In this document: in pieces, positions 28,213 through 39,100 of the stretch
Layout: every line of letters begins with the position of its first letter
Numbering within the stretch: the stretch's first letter is position 1
Assembly (NCBI GenBank): GCA_017523615.1
Contig: JAFWWK010000007.1
Coordinates: 5,582-69,581, forward strand
DNA from: Clostridia bacterium
GTDB lineage: Bacteria; Bacillota; Clostridia; Christensenellales; Aristaeellaceae
Reading direction: 5' to 3'
DNA: 64,000 bases
Translations under genes and position numbers: made by a program
Notes under the pieces: model-generated
What the model was told of the DNA's origin: nothing
Seen by the model: only the letters and a program-made list of their open reading frames with translations
The model's database searches: none

Positions 28213-29091
28213 ATGTCCAGAAAGCCTTTGTTCACCGGCTGCGCGACAGCCATGATCACGCCTTTTGACGAGAGCGGCCATTTGGATCTTTCCGCTCTGG
28301 ACCGTCTGATCGATTTCCAGCTGGAAAACGGGATCGACGCCCTGGTCGCCTGCGGTACCACTGGCGAACCTGCGGTCATGACGGACGACGAATGGTCCGA
28401 GGTCGTCCGCCGCACTGTCAGGCAGGTACGCGGCAGGGTCCCCGTCATAGCCGGTACAGGCAGCAACAGCACTGCTCAGGTCATCCGCAAGGCGTCCATA
28501 GCCCGGGAACTCGGCGCGGACGCACAATTGGTCGTAACACCGTTTTACAACAAGACCACTCAAGCCGGCCTTATCGCGCATTACCGCGCCATCGCCTCCG
28601 CCGGGGACCTGCCGCTCATCATCTACAACGTTCCTTCCCGGACAGGGATGAACATCCTGCCCTCCACGCTGTTTGAACTGATGAAAGAAGAAAAGGTCAT
28701 CGGCCTGAAGGAAGCCGCAGGCGACGCCGCGAGAGCCGCCGACATCGCCGCGCTCTGCGGAGACGGTCTCCCCCTGTATTCCGGCAGTGATGAGTTGACC
28801 GTACAGCTTCGCTCCATCGGATCATTGGGAACCGTTTCGGTCCTTTCCAACCTGCTGCCCGATGAAATGGTCAGGATGACACACCTGGACCTGATGGAAG
28901 CCGCAAAAATACAATTGCGTCTGATGCCTCTGATCCGGCTGTTGTTCCGTGAGGTCAGCCCGATCCCGATCAAGGCGGCCATGGGCATGACCGGGCTTTG
29001 CAAAAACGTCCTGCGCCTCCCCTTGATCCCCTTGTCCGACGAAAATTCGGCTCTGCTTGAAAAAGAATTAAGGAGGCTGGGCATCCTGTGA
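28213..29091 (+). CDS. dapA: 4-hydroxy-tetrahydrodipicolinate synthase
   Basis: 292 aa. Motifs GCATAMITPF, ACGTTGEPAVMT and IIYNVPSRTG are typical DapA motifs. Confidence 0.95.
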   Translation: MSRKPLFTGCATAMITPFDESGHLDLSALDRLIDFQLENGIDALVACGTTGEPAVMTDDEWSEVVRRTVRQVRGRVPVIAGTGSNSTAQVIRKASIARELGADAQLVVTPFYNKTTQAGLIAHYRAIASAGDLPLIIYNVPSRTGMNILPSTLFELMKEEKVIGLKEAAGDAARAADIAALCGDGLPLYSGSDELTVQLRSIGSLGTVSVLSNLLPDEMVRMTHLDLMEAAKIQLRLMPLIRLLFREVSPIPIKAAMGMTGLCKNVLRLPLIPLSDENSALLEKELRRLGIL

Positions 29092-29834
29092 ACATCATTC
29101 TTTCCGGCTGCTGCGGGAGGATGGGACATCAAGTAGCTGAGGCATGCGCCGCGCAGGGCTTTACAGTCCGCTTCGGCGTGGACATGAAGGCCGAACCCTA
29201 CGCCTCCTTCCCCGTTTATGACAGTTTTTCCTCTCAAAAGGCTGAGGACGGTGATGTTGTCATCGATTTTTCCCTGCCCTCCTGCCTTGACAGCCTGCTG
29301 GATTTCTGTGTTCCCTCCGGCACGCCTCTGGTGATCGCCACCACCGGATACACTCCGGAAGACGAGGCGAAGATCCTGAGGGCTTCCTCCCGCATCGCTG
29401 TCTTCCGTTCAGCCAATATGTCCCTCGGCATCCATGTGCTGAAACTCCTTGCCAGGAAAGCCGCCGCTCTTCTCGACGGATTTGATATCGAAATCGTGGA
29501 AAAGCACCACAACCAGAAGCTGGACGCCCCTTCCGGAACGGCTCTGATGCTGTACGAATCCGTAAAGAAAGCCGATTCCATCCTTATGACAGACCGGACG
29601 CCTCTCCACAGAAAGCGTGACCCGCGGGAGATCGGCATTTCCTCGGTCCGCGGCGGAACAGTCCCCGGGGAGCACGAGGTGGGATTTTACGGCCGCGGAG
29701 AAAAGATCCTGATATCCCATTCGGCCCAGGACCGATCCATCTTTGCTATGGGCGCTCTCAAAGCCGCTCTCTTCCTGGACGGGATCAGAAACCGGCCGGG
29801 GCTCTATTCCATGGATGATATGATTCAACTGTAA
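29088..29834 (+). CDS. dapB: 4-hydroxy-tetrahydrodipicolinate reductase
   Basis: GTG start overlapping the dapA stop. Motifs GCCGRMG and EKHHNQKLDAPSGTA. Confidence 0.95.
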   Translation: MNIILSGCCGRMGHQVAEACAAQGFTVRFGVDMKAEPYASFPVYDSFSSQKAEDGDVVIDFSLPSCLDSLLDFCVPSGTPLVIATTGYTPEDEAKILRASSRIAVFRSANMSLGIHVLKLLARKAAALLDGFDIEIVEKHHNQKLDAPSGTALMLYESVKKADSILMTDRTPLHRKRDPREIGISSVRGGTVPGEHEVGFYGRGEKILISHSAQDRSIFAMGALKAALFLDGIRNRPGLYSMDDMIQL

Positions 29835-29851
29835 AAAAGGAGATGTCCAAC

Positions 29852-30343
29852 ATGAGTGAAGCAGCCAATCGCAGACAGGTCACCAGTGAAGGCATGAAAA
29901 AGCTGGAAGAAAAACTCGCATACCTGACCGGTCCCCGCCGCGCTGAAGTCGCGGAAAAACTGAACATTGCCCGCGGCTATGGCGATTTGAGTGAAAACGC
30001 CGAATATGACGCAGCTAAAAACGAACAGGCGCTTCTTGAAGCCGAGATCATGGAGCTGGAAGCGACCATCAGGAATGTGGAAGTTGTCGACAACGTCGTC
30101 ACCTCCAACGATGCCGTTTCTCTCGGCAGCCGTGTCCAGATCCACTTTGAAGAGGATAACGAGGACGATACCTATGTGATCGTCGGTCCCCTGGAAAGCG
30201 ATCCCCTTCATAACCGTATCTCCAACGAAAGCCCCCTGGGCGCCGCGCTTCTTGGAAAGGCGAAGGGTGAAACCGCCGCTGTGGAACCGCCCTCCGGCGA
30301 GATCTACCATGTAACGGTCCTTGAGATCAGCAGGGACGAATAA
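29852..30343 (+). CDS. greA: transcription elongation factor GreA
   Basis: AGGAG 9 nt upstream of the ATG at 29852. Motifs: LTGPRRAEVAEKLNIARGYGDLSENAEYDAAKNEQ, and SNESPLGAALLGK at the C-terminus. Confidence 0.95.
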   Translation: MSEAANRRQVTSEGMKKLEEKLAYLTGPRRAEVAEKLNIARGYGDLSENAEYDAAKNEQALLEAEIMELEATIRNVEVVDNVVTSNDAVSLGSRVQIHFEEDNEDDTYVIVGPLESDPLHNRISNESPLGAALLGKAKGETAAVEPPSGEIYHVTVLEISRDE

Positions 30344-30358
30344 CGTCGGCGTCTTTTT

Positions 30359-30402
30359 CCGCCCCCTTTCCGGCATAAGGATCGGGGGCGGAAACATTTT
30401 TT
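30359..30402 (+). terminator. rho-independent terminator after greA
   Basis: CCGCCCCC (30359-30366) pairs with GGGGGCGG (30384-30391), followed by aaacaTTTTTT. Confidence 0.65.
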
Positions 30403-30575
30403 ACGCAACGGCTTTCGTCCGGGCAGCGCTGACTTTTTCCCTCTGCCGTTGTCATTTCTCCGGATCGGCTCATGCGGCAAAGGCTCCGTAAAACAGCAGG
30501 ATCTTCAGAATAAACACGACAAGAAAAAAGTGTCATGAAAAATCAAAAAAAAGAAAAATTTTTCGGAAGACCATG

Positions 30576-30604
30576 TTGACATTTTCTCTGCTTTATGCTA
30601 TTAT
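30576..30604 (+). promoter_or_regulatory. sigmaA-type promoter of tRNA-Thr
   Basis: TTGACA (30576-30581), 17 nt, TATTAT (30599-30604). The tRNA 5' end lies 9 nt downstream. Confidence 0.65.
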
Positions 30605-30613
30605 AGTCCTGTT

Positions 30614-30689
<76 letters not shown>

Positions 30690-30693
30690 GAGG

Positions 30694-30718
30694 CCTTCCG
30701 GAAACGGAAGGTTTTTTT
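30694..30718 (+). terminator. rho-independent terminator after tRNA-Thr
   Basis: CCTTCCG-gaaa-CGGAAGG followed by TTTTTTT. Confidence 0.75.
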
Positions 30719-30803
30719 GTGCCTTATTCGTCCCATGCCGCGGACAATGATCGGCGCCGTTCACCGGTTTTTCCGCATGCATGCAGAAAAAAGGATGGTA
30801 CGT

Positions 30804-31895
30804 ATGGAATGCTCGAAGGATCATAACACCCTGAAATATGTCTTTGTGCATGGCCTGTCCGGCTGGGGCAGCTATGACAAAGCCTACGAACGGATGCCTT
30901 ACTGGGGCATGCGGAGCGGCGACCTTATCGTTTTTCTCCGCAAGCAGGGGTTTGATTGTTTTGCCGCCTCCGTCTCCCCCACGGGAAGCGCATGGGACCG
31001 GGCATGCGAACTTTACGCACAGATCGCCGGAACACAGGTAGATTACGGTGAGGCGCACAGCAAAAAGATGCGGCATGCCCGTTTCGGACGGGACTTTTCT
31101 TCCTGCCCGCTCATCCCCGAATGGGACCCGCGGACGAAGCTGGCGCTGGTTGGCCATTCCTTCGGCGGGACGACGGCTCGTCTTTTTTTAGAACTGCTCG
31201 CAAACGGGGATCCGGAGGAAAGATCATCAAAATGTACGGACCTTTCGCCGCTGTTCACCGGCGGTATGGGAAACCGGATCCACTCTCTGGTCACCCTGGC
31301 TTCGCCGATGAACGGAACTACCGCTTACGATCTGTTTTCAGACCCGTCCTTTGACCCTCAAAGGGTGAACTCACCCTGGTGGAGCGGACCGTTTTCCCGT
31401 CTCATGTCTATAAAAACAAAAAAACAGGACGACAAACGGGACAGGACGGACAGCGCCGGTCATGATATGCACCTGGACGAGGCCATGAAACTGAACCGTC
31501 GGATCACGACCCTCGGTCATGTTTATTATTTCTCCATCCCCTGCAGCTATACGTCGCCCAGGACGGACGGCACGCACTCGCCCAGGCGGGGCATAGAGCC
31601 CCTGTTTGTTCTCAGATCCTGCCAGATCGGGGCATATTCCGGAAGAACGGCTGGAGGCATTGACATAGGCACAGAATGGCGTGAAAACGACGGGCTGGTA
31701 AATACCGTTTCAGCAGCCTGTCCTTTCGGCGCGCCGTCCGTACCCCTGGACAAAAGCCGTATCATTCCCGGGAGATGGAATGTGCTTCCGGCGTATCAGG
31801 GTGACCACATGTCCCTGCAGGGCGGCCTTTTCCACCGGCACGATATCCGCGGTTTTTATCTTGAACTCCTGAAAATGATCAGCCGCCTGAATTAA
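30804..31895 (+). CDS. triacylglycerol-lipase/esterase-like alpha/beta hydrolase
   Basis: The track ORF (30645-) runs through the tRNA, so it was trimmed. Candidate starts are 30777, 30795 and 30804; 30804 has AAGGATGG upstream. Motifs: YVFVHGLSGWGSYD, and the nucleophile elbow VGHSFGG. Confidence 0.7.
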   Translation: MECSKDHNTLKYVFVHGLSGWGSYDKAYERMPYWGMRSGDLIVFLRKQGFDCFAASVSPTGSAWDRACELYAQIAGTQVDYGEAHSKKMRHARFGRDFSSCPLIPEWDPRTKLALVGHSFGGTTARLFLELLANGDPEERSSKCTDLSPLFTGGMGNRIHSLVTLASPMNGTTAYDLFSDPSFDPQRVNSPWWSGPFSRLMSIKTKKQDDKRDRTDSAGHDMHLDEAMKLNRRITTLGHVYYFSIPCSYTSPRTDGTHSPRRGIEPLFVLRSCQIGAYSGRTAGGIDIGTEWRENDGLVNTVSAACPFGAPSVPLDKSRIIPGRWNVLPAYQGDHMSLQGGLFHRHDIRGFYLELLKMISRLN

Positions 31896-31946
31896 ACGCC
31901 CGCAAAAGCCAAAGCCTCATTCCCACACGATGAAAGGAACCGCCTC

Positions 31947-32789
31947 ATGGGACCCATCACATTCGGCATGCCCACCCTGGTGGAAAACGAGACCCTGGAT
32001 GCCAACATCCGTCTGTGCCGCAGCCTGGGCCTGCGCTTTATCGAGCTGAACATGAACTTTCCCGAATACCAATTAGACCGCCTGGAGGACAGTGTACCGC
32101 TTATCCGTGCAGGGCAGGAAGCGGGGATCTTTTATACTGTTCATTTAGATGAAAACCTGAACCCCGCGGATTTCAATCCGCTCATTGCCCAGGCGTATCT
32201 GGAAACCGTCCGCAGGACCATTATGGCGGCGAAAAAGCTTCTCCCCCTCGTCGAACGGTACGCTGACGGCCCCATGATCCTGAACATGCATATGCACCAC
32301 GGCGTCCACATCACACTGCCGGACAGGAAGATCCAGCTGTATGAGCGGGACTGGGCACGCTATATAGCGGACTTACGCCGCTACAGGGACCTGTGCCAGA
32401 AATGGATCGGCGGCGCGCCGGTGATGATCTCGGTGGAGAACACAGACGGTTTCCGATCGTATGAAAAGGATGCCGTGGAGATGTTTCTTGAATCCCCGTG
32501 TTTCGGCCTCACCTGGGACATCGGGCATTCCGCCGCTTCCGGCGAAAAAGACCTGGCGTTCATTACGGCGCATGAAAGCCGCCTCGCCCATTTCCACATC
32601 CACGACGGCACAGCCCACCCGCCCCGGGATCACCTGGCGGCTGGTGACGGCGAGATCGACCTGCCGGCCCGCCTGAAAACCGCCGTCTCACGTCACTGTC
32701 GTTGTGTACTGGAGACGAAAACTTCTCAGGCGCTGAAAAAAACAGTGGGATGGCTGCATACGCATTTCCACGAAGGCGTCCCTTCTTGA
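31947..32789 (+). CDS. sugar phosphate isomerase/epimerase (xylose-isomerase-like TIM barrel)
   Basis: 280 aa. Pattern FIELNMNFPE...VHLDE...ISVEN...TWDIGH...FHIHD is typical of the AP_endonuc_2/TIM-barrel family. Confidence 0.75.
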   Translation: MGPITFGMPTLVENETLDANIRLCRSLGLRFIELNMNFPEYQLDRLEDSVPLIRAGQEAGIFYTVHLDENLNPADFNPLIAQAYLETVRRTIMAAKKLLPLVERYADGPMILNMHMHHGVHITLPDRKIQLYERDWARYIADLRRYRDLCQKWIGGAPVMISVENTDGFRSYEKDAVEMFLESPCFGLTWDIGHSAASGEKDLAFITAHESRLAHFHIHDGTAHPPRDHLAAGDGEIDLPARLKTAVSRHCRCVLETKTSQALKKTVGWLHTHFHEGVPS

Positions 32790-32898
32790 TCTGCCCGCGC
32801 GCCTGTTCCCCGCATGGCGGAAAAAGAGAGCAATAAAAATCGGGCGTGCCTTCTTTGAGCGCGTTATAATATTCACGCAGCGAAAGGGGCGACGCGGA

Positions 32899-33729
32899 AT
32901 GCATGACTGGATCGAAGGTTTTCAGGAATCCATCGATTTCATGGAACGGAACCTGACAGAGAAGCTGGATATCGTGGAGATCGCCGCTAAGGCGGCTTTG
33001 TCCCCCTTCTATTACCAGCGGATCTTCGGCGCCTTGTGCGGTATGACCGTCGGCGACTACATCCGAGCGCGCAGGATGACGCTCGCGGCACAGGAACTGG
33101 CGGCGACCGACGCGCGGGTGATCGACCTAGCGTTCAAGTACGGTTACGAATCGCCGGACAGCTTTGCCAAAGCTTTTCTGCGCTTTCACGGGATCTCTCC
33201 TTCCAAAGCCCGGGAAAACGGAGCGCAGCTTCGTTCCTTTGCCCCGCTGCATATCAAGATCACACTGGAGGGTGGAAGTATGCTGGATTACCGTATCGTT
33301 GAAAAAGCGCCGTTTACTGTCGTCGGGGTCAAAAAGCCTTTCAATTCCGACAACAGTTACGAAGAAATCCCGAAATTTTGGGAAGAGTGGATGGCACAGG
33401 GCGACAAGCGCCCGGTCATGGGCACTTTCGGCGTGTGCGCCGATATGAAAGGAAAGGACTTCGACTACTGGATCGCGGACCTCTATTTCCCCTGGGAGGA
33501 CATCCCGGAAGGTTGTGAGACCCGGGTGATCCCCGGCACCCTGTGGGCCCAGTTCCCCTGCAAAATCAGCACACTGCAGGACACGAACACCAGGATCTGG
33601 TCGGAATGGCTGCCATCGCTGAAGGGGTATACGCCGGCCGGGGACTATGACATCGAGGTCTATCTCCCTCCTGAGGCGGGTTCCCGGGAAATGCGCGTAT
33701 ATATCTGGGTACCGCTTAAAAAAATCTGA
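32899..33729 (+). CDS. AraC family transcriptional regulator with GyrI-like effector-binding domain
   Basis: N-terminal double HTH (SPFYYQRIFGALCGMTVGDYIRARRMTLAAQEL...GYESPDSFAKAFLRFHGISPS). The C-terminal half is about 150 aa and GyrI-like (YRIVEKAPFTVVG...). Confidence 0.9.
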   Translation: MHDWIEGFQESIDFMERNLTEKLDIVEIAAKAALSPFYYQRIFGALCGMTVGDYIRARRMTLAAQELAATDARVIDLAFKYGYESPDSFAKAFLRFHGISPSKARENGAQLRSFAPLHIKITLEGGSMLDYRIVEKAPFTVVGVKKPFNSDNSYEEIPKFWEEWMAQGDKRPVMGTFGVCADMKGKDFDYWIADLYFPWEDIPEGCETRVIPGTLWAQFPCKISTLQDTNTRIWSEWLPSLKGYTPAGDYDIEVYLPPEAGSREMRVYIWVPLKKI

Positions 33730-33759
33730 CGCAAAAAGATAAGCAAAGGGGACACTGGG

Positions 33760-34638
33760 ATGCATTTTGTGGACGCAAAAGGGCTGCTGACCGGCACGAA
33801 GGGGCATTTCGGGATGAACATATACCGGGGATGTACCCACGGTTGCGTTTACTGCGACAGCCGGAGCAAATGCTATCAGTTCACCCACGCCTTTGAGGAT
33901 ATCGAGGTCAAACGCAACGCGCCGGAACTGCTGGAGGAAGCACTGCGGTCCAAACGCCAAAAGGGGATGATCGGCACCGGCTCCATGTCCGACCCGTACA
34001 TGCACTGCGAGCAAGACCTGAAGCTAACACGAAAATGCCTCGAGATCATCCTCAAATACGGCTTCGGGGCTGCCGTCCAAACGAAATCAGACCTGATCCT
34101 GCGTGATGTCAGCCTTCTGGAGGAGATCAACTCAAATGCCCTGTGCGTCGTGCAGATGACGCTGACCACCTGGGACGATAAACTGTGCGGGATCCTGGAG
34201 CCCAACGTGTGCAATACGAAAAGGCGCGTCGAAGTACTGCAGGAGATGCGAAGGCACGCCATCCCCACCGTTGTATGGCTTACGCCCATCCTGCCCTTCA
34301 TCAACGATACTCCGGAAAACATCCTTCCCATCCTGGAGGCATGCGCGGAGGCGGAGGTAAAGGGGATCATATGCTTCGACATGGGACTCACGCTGAGGGA
34401 GGGAGACCGGGAGTACTATTACGCGGCTTTGGACAGGCATTTTCCGGGTCTGAAATCCCGGTATATCCACACCTTTGGGAACGCCTACCAAATCCCAAGT
34501 CCAAACAAGGCCGTCCTTATGTACCTGTTCACCTCCTTCTGTCAAAAGCATGGGATCATGTACAGGCCGGAGGAATGCTTCGCGTATATGGGCCGCCTTC
34601 CCGAAAAACAGAAACAGATGACCCTCTGGGACACCTGA
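33760..34638 (+). CDS. radical SAM protein (SplB/COG1533-like)
   Basis: 292 aa with CTHGCVYCDS (CxxxCxxC) near the N-terminus. Confidence 0.8.
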   Translation: MHFVDAKGLLTGTKGHFGMNIYRGCTHGCVYCDSRSKCYQFTHAFEDIEVKRNAPELLEEALRSKRQKGMIGTGSMSDPYMHCEQDLKLTRKCLEIILKYGFGAAVQTKSDLILRDVSLLEEINSNALCVVQMTLTTWDDKLCGILEPNVCNTKRRVEVLQEMRRHAIPTVVWLTPILPFINDTPENILPILEACAEAEVKGIICFDMGLTLREGDREYYYAALDRHFPGLKSRYIHTFGNAYQIPSPNKAVLMYLFTSFCQKHGIMYRPEECFAYMGRLPEKQKQMTLWDT

Positions 34639-34771
34639 CCAATGACCGATCCCCCGCACCCGCTGCCGGCTTTTCCTGCCGGCCATGAAGGTGAGGGGGA
34701 TCGTTTTCATTGTGTGTTATCGTTTTCAGTGCGTGTAGTAGACATTGAGTATCATGCTGATCATTTTTTAT

Positions 34772-34791
34772 AACAGCTAATGCTGTTTTTT
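34772..34791 (+). terminator. rho-independent terminator
   Basis: AACAGC-taat-GCTGTT followed by TTTT. Confidence 0.5.
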
Positions 34792-34892
34792 AATAGCGCC
34801 GAAGGCGCGTATGAGATCGCATGGGTCTTCATGCGGCGCATAGCGCTGCATGGAGCGTGCGCAGTACGCGGCATCTCAAATTTGCTTGAGTA

Positions 34893-35720
34893 TCAGATGT
34901 CGGGGCCAAGGTCCCGTATGTCGACCGTGGAGGAAAGCAGGCCTGGATACAGGCATCGGCGGTACAGCCATAACGCAACACCGTCCAGGTCGTTGGACAG
35001 CGTTACATCGTCCGCAATCTCAAGGACCTCCGGAACGGCATTGGCTACAGCTATTCCCATGCCGCACATCTTCAGCATCTCAATGTCATTGGAATCGTCC
35101 CCGAACGCCGTTATCGCCCCCAGGTCAAGCCCGCTTATCTTCGCAAGAACGCGGATCGCGTCCACCTTTCCAGCACCCTTCGGGAGGAAAGCGTACAGCT
35201 TTTCACCCCGATAACGGATCAGCCGGGCCCCTGTTTCCCCGGCGATCTTCACGGCAGCGGCTTCATCCGGAAGTACGGCCGCGATCTTGTTCGCCCCAAA
35301 ATTAAGCGGCGCAGAATAATCGCAGAAGACCGCCTTGTGCAATTTTTCCGACTCAGAAATGTGCCTGCTGTTCCAAAGGACATCCTTCCCGCATGCGATG
35401 GTGATCTCCGCCCCCGGCGCCGCCTTCCGGATACCGCCGATGATCGCGTTGGTTTCCGTTTCTGTAAAGCAATGTGAATAAACGCACCTTCCATGCGCAT
35501 GGATCATTGTGCCGTCGGCGGTGATCTCGTAATCCGGATCCAGCAGGCGGATATATTTTTCCGCGCCGATATAATACCTGGCGGTGGCAACAGCGAACAG
35601 GATCCCTTTCGTTCTGCATCGCTTGATGATTCGAAGCGTTTCATCCGAAATGCTGCCGTCCTCCCTCAAAAGGGTGTGATCCAGGTCCGTCAATATCATT
35701 CTTATTCCGGGGCGTTCCAT
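34893..35720 (-). CDS. Cof-type HAD-IIB family hydrolase
   Basis: MILTDLDHTLL motif I, GDDSNDIEM motif near the C-terminus. 275 aa. Confidence 0.9.
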   Translation of the reverse strand: MERPGIRMILTDLDHTLLREDGSISDETLRIIKRCRTKGILFAVATARYYIGAEKYIRLLDPDYEITADGTMIHAHGRCVYSHCFTETETNAIIGGIRKAAPGAEITIACGKDVLWNSRHISESEKLHKAVFCDYSAPLNFGANKIAAVLPDEAAAVKIAGETGARLIRYRGEKLYAFLPKGAGKVDAIRVLAKISGLDLGAITAFGDDSNDIEMLKMCGMGIAVANAVPEVLEIADDVTLSNDLDGVALWLYRRCLYPGLLSSTVDIRDLGPDI

Positions 35721-35723
35721 GGA

Positions 35724-36146
35724 TCATCCTTCTCCCCTTAAGGTTTTCCCTTTTTTCAGTTTCCTGTCCGTCAGCATGAACAGCAAAAATACCCCGAGAG
35801 AGAGGCTCACCATGCCGGAAAAAATGCGCAGACCCTTGAAAGGGTATACGGTGAATCCGTTGAAGCTGCGGACGATCAGCATCTCTTGGCCTGGAACAGG
35901 CTGTTCAGCAGGCCATGGGTAAGTTGCGTCGACTGTTTGTTTTTCACCGGTGCCGTCCGTATAGGTGACGATCAGGGGAATGACCGTATGGCTTCTCGAC
36001 CCATGCTTGCCGTGGGACGTAACGCTCCTTGCCCGTCCCACATCGACGACGGTCGCCGGATACCGGGGCTGCACAAAGGTATAGATGAATCCGGCGGTGC
36101 TGACGGCAAACACAGCGATCAGCACGATCCATACGCTTTTCTTCAT
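35724..36146 (-). CDS. small two-TM membrane protein (DUF3592-like topology)
   Basis: 140 aa. N-terminal TM (VWIVLIAVFAVSTAGFIY), a beta-rich middle and a C-terminal TM. The family call is tentative. Confidence 0.5.
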   Translation of the reverse strand: MKKSVWIVLIAVFAVSTAGFIYTFVQPRYPATVVDVGRARSVTSHGKHGSRSHTVIPLIVTYTDGTGEKQTVDATYPWPAEQPVPGQEMLIVRSFNGFTVYPFKGLRIFSGMVSLSLGVFLLFMLTDRKLKKGKTLRGEG

Positions 36147-36183
36147 CGGATCACCTTTCCCGGGCTTAAAGCCGATATCACAT

Positions 36184-39100
36184 TTACCTCATTGGTGCGG
36201 GCAGAAGCTGCCTGTGCATGATCGCGCCCTGGTGGCCGCAGTTGATCTCAAGCGCGGCATCAAAGCACTCCCTCGCCCGGTCCATATTGCCAAGGCCCAG
36301 GCTGCCCAGGGCGATCAGGTATTCGCAGTGCGCACGGCTGCGCAGGGACAGATCTTCCTCAAACAACTGCAGATCGGGCAGTGAAACGGCGAAGTAATCG
36401 ATCTTCACCCGGTCGTAATAATGCTTTTCCCCGTAGGAGATCAGCTTATAGAACCGGCTGCGGGCCCTTTCCTCCCTTCCCAGAGCCCGGCTGGCCAGTC
36501 CCTGGTAAAAAATCATGTCAGCCGGCTGGTCGTTGTAATACATGGCGGAGGCAGGTTCCTCATCCCCCGTGGCGGCGGCCTCCAATTGGCGCAGGGCTTC
36601 TGTCTCCCTTCCAAGCGCCCTTTCGGCCAGGCCCAGATAATAATGGATGTTGTTGTCCCGGACCCCTTCCAGCTTGCCCTCACCAAGATTGTGCGGAAAT
36701 ACCAGCGCCCTTTCAAACAGGCTTTTTGCCTTCGCGGGATCGCCTGCGTTCAGGGCCCGAATGCCCAGCTGTGTCAGGGACGCGGCATACTGTGCGGTCA
36801 CCTTGCCCTCGCCGCCTTCCCAGGGATGGAAAGTGCGTGCCATGATCAGCTCCAGAGCTTCCTCATGCCTTCCGAGATCATTGAGCAAGGTGCAGTACTC
36901 CGTATACAGATCGTCCCGCCGGAAAGCGGTCTCCCGGTGCGTGTCAAGGAATGCAAAACGGTCTTCCACGCTGAAATTCAGTTTTTCATAAAGCTGGGAA
37001 AGTTCCAACAGCACGCGCGCGTCGGTCTCATCCAGAGCGTACGCCAGTTCCATGCACCGCTTCGCTTTTTCACGCTCCCCCCGCTTGTTGAAATATGCCA
37101 GGCTCAGGTTTCGCCATACCGTGGGGAATTCCCCGTCGATGCCGGCAGATCTTTCCCAGCAGGCAATGGCGTCTTCATACTGCCGCTTGTCATACCACAG
37201 ACAGCCCAGGTAATAAGGTGCCCGGGCATCCTTTTCATTGTTCCGGGCAGCGTAAAGCAGCGCGGCGATATCCTCCAGCCTGTTGGGGAAGCAGTACATC
37301 GGATCCGCTTCCGCGGCGTTTTGAAGGGCCTGAGCGGCATATTCAGCGTCGCCGTTCAGGCATGCGTAGAGCGCCAGATAATACCATACCATAGGCGTAG
37401 GTTCAGGGCAGCATTCCAGGATGAAGATAGCGTCGGCGTAGTAGCCCGCTTCGGCGTAGTCGATAGCGCACTCAATAAAGGAACTGACCCTGCCGTTCAT
37501 CAGTTTCATCGCGCCTTCGATGTCACCGGATTCGATGCGGGACACATAATCGAAGGCATCCAGACATAGGTTTTCATCGAACCATTCCTCGGCTTCCGTT
37601 TCCCGCCCCAGGGAGTCCAGGATCAGCCCCTTCAGCGCCCGGGCTTTCAGGTTATGCCCGTTTTTCACCAGGGAGCGTTCGATATGCTCCAGGGCCAGGT
37701 CATACTCACCGCGCCTTGCGTCAATACAGGCGATGTGATAATACCCGGTCTCCTGCTCCGCCGCGGTCCAGACGGCCTTGAAGAAAGCGTCATACGCTTC
37801 ATCGTCCCGTCCCTGGTACCTGAGCGTCAGTCCCAGGTTCAAATACGCTTCGCTGTTGTAAGGATTGGGGTTGCGCTCAGTCATACGGACAATGGCGGCG
37901 CGAAAATATTTTTCCGCCTCCGCGAATTTGCCCCGGCGCAAAAGCAGCGTTCCATAGGCGTTATTTGCCCGGATATCCCCGGGATCGCGCTTCAGCGCTT
38001 CAAGATAGTATGGGTCAGGCAGATATGTGGCGTGGCGGTATTGCTCCAGATGGAGGCCGGTAAGGTACAATTCCTCATTTGTCAGGATCTCCTCCGGCTG
38101 CCTGGCGGGAGGCATGGGATCGGGGATCTTTTCGATCTTCGGCGACAGAGGCGTATACTCCAGCAGTTTCCTGCCGCCCGAGGCATACACCGTCAGGGTC
38201 AGCATCGTTTCGGGGATGGAAACAGCGACCTCATCCTTCAGGACACTGACCGGACTCAGATCACAGGTCCTGTCATAGACGATCCCGCCCCGGGCTGTCA
38301 GGATCACCCGGGCTTTTTCAAACTTCCGGGAGGTGTAAACAACGATCCTCGCCATGCCATCCTTCACTTCCAGGTTCAGGACGCATTCCCGGCTTGCGTT
38401 CTTCACATAGCCCGCTGCTTTGTAAGGCATGAAATACTGGGTGAATGTCTTTTCCTCAAAGGGTTTCAACCAGGCAAAATCCGGCTGGTTATCGCAGTAC
38501 ATGCCGGTCATCAATTCGATATACGGGCCGTTTCCGTCGGTCAGGTTCCTGTCCCAGGCCTGACCGAAATCACCGCAGCCCCAGGTCCACTGCTTTTTCC
38601 CCGGGGAAACATGATGATCAGCTATGTGCAATATGCCCGCGTCGGCGCCATAATCGTAGCCGCCCACAAAGTTATAGTCGCTGTGAGCACACATATACGA
38701 CGTAGGGACCGGAATGTTCTTATAACGGCTGATATCCACCCCCGCCCCATAATCATGTTTGTAATACACTCCCGTAGCAATAGGGAACCTGCTCACGTCC
38801 CGCTTGCCGTGGTCATATACGGCACACACGTCCGGCGGGAACACGCTCTGGGTCATATCGTTCACCGCCACGGCGGGATTGGCCCACCACAGGAAAGTCT
38901 GGGGCAGATTGGTGCGGTTGTACAATTGGCCCCTGATCTCGATGTACGCCCTGTCGGGATAGAGCGTGAAGGTCATTTTTCCTTTGGTACCATACATCTG
39001 GTCCACTTCGGACATTTCCACCGATACGCTTCCGTCCGCATTCTCCACGGTGCGGTAATCAACGGGGCTGAAGGTGGTGGGCCGGTGATGCTGGGGCCAG

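Noticed and set aside
30403-30575. Possible small gene or sRNA between the greA terminator and the tRNA promoter.
   Set aside because: The only ORF there (30327-30536, minus strand) lacks an RBS and spans the greA terminator. I could not identify a convincing structure or promoter.
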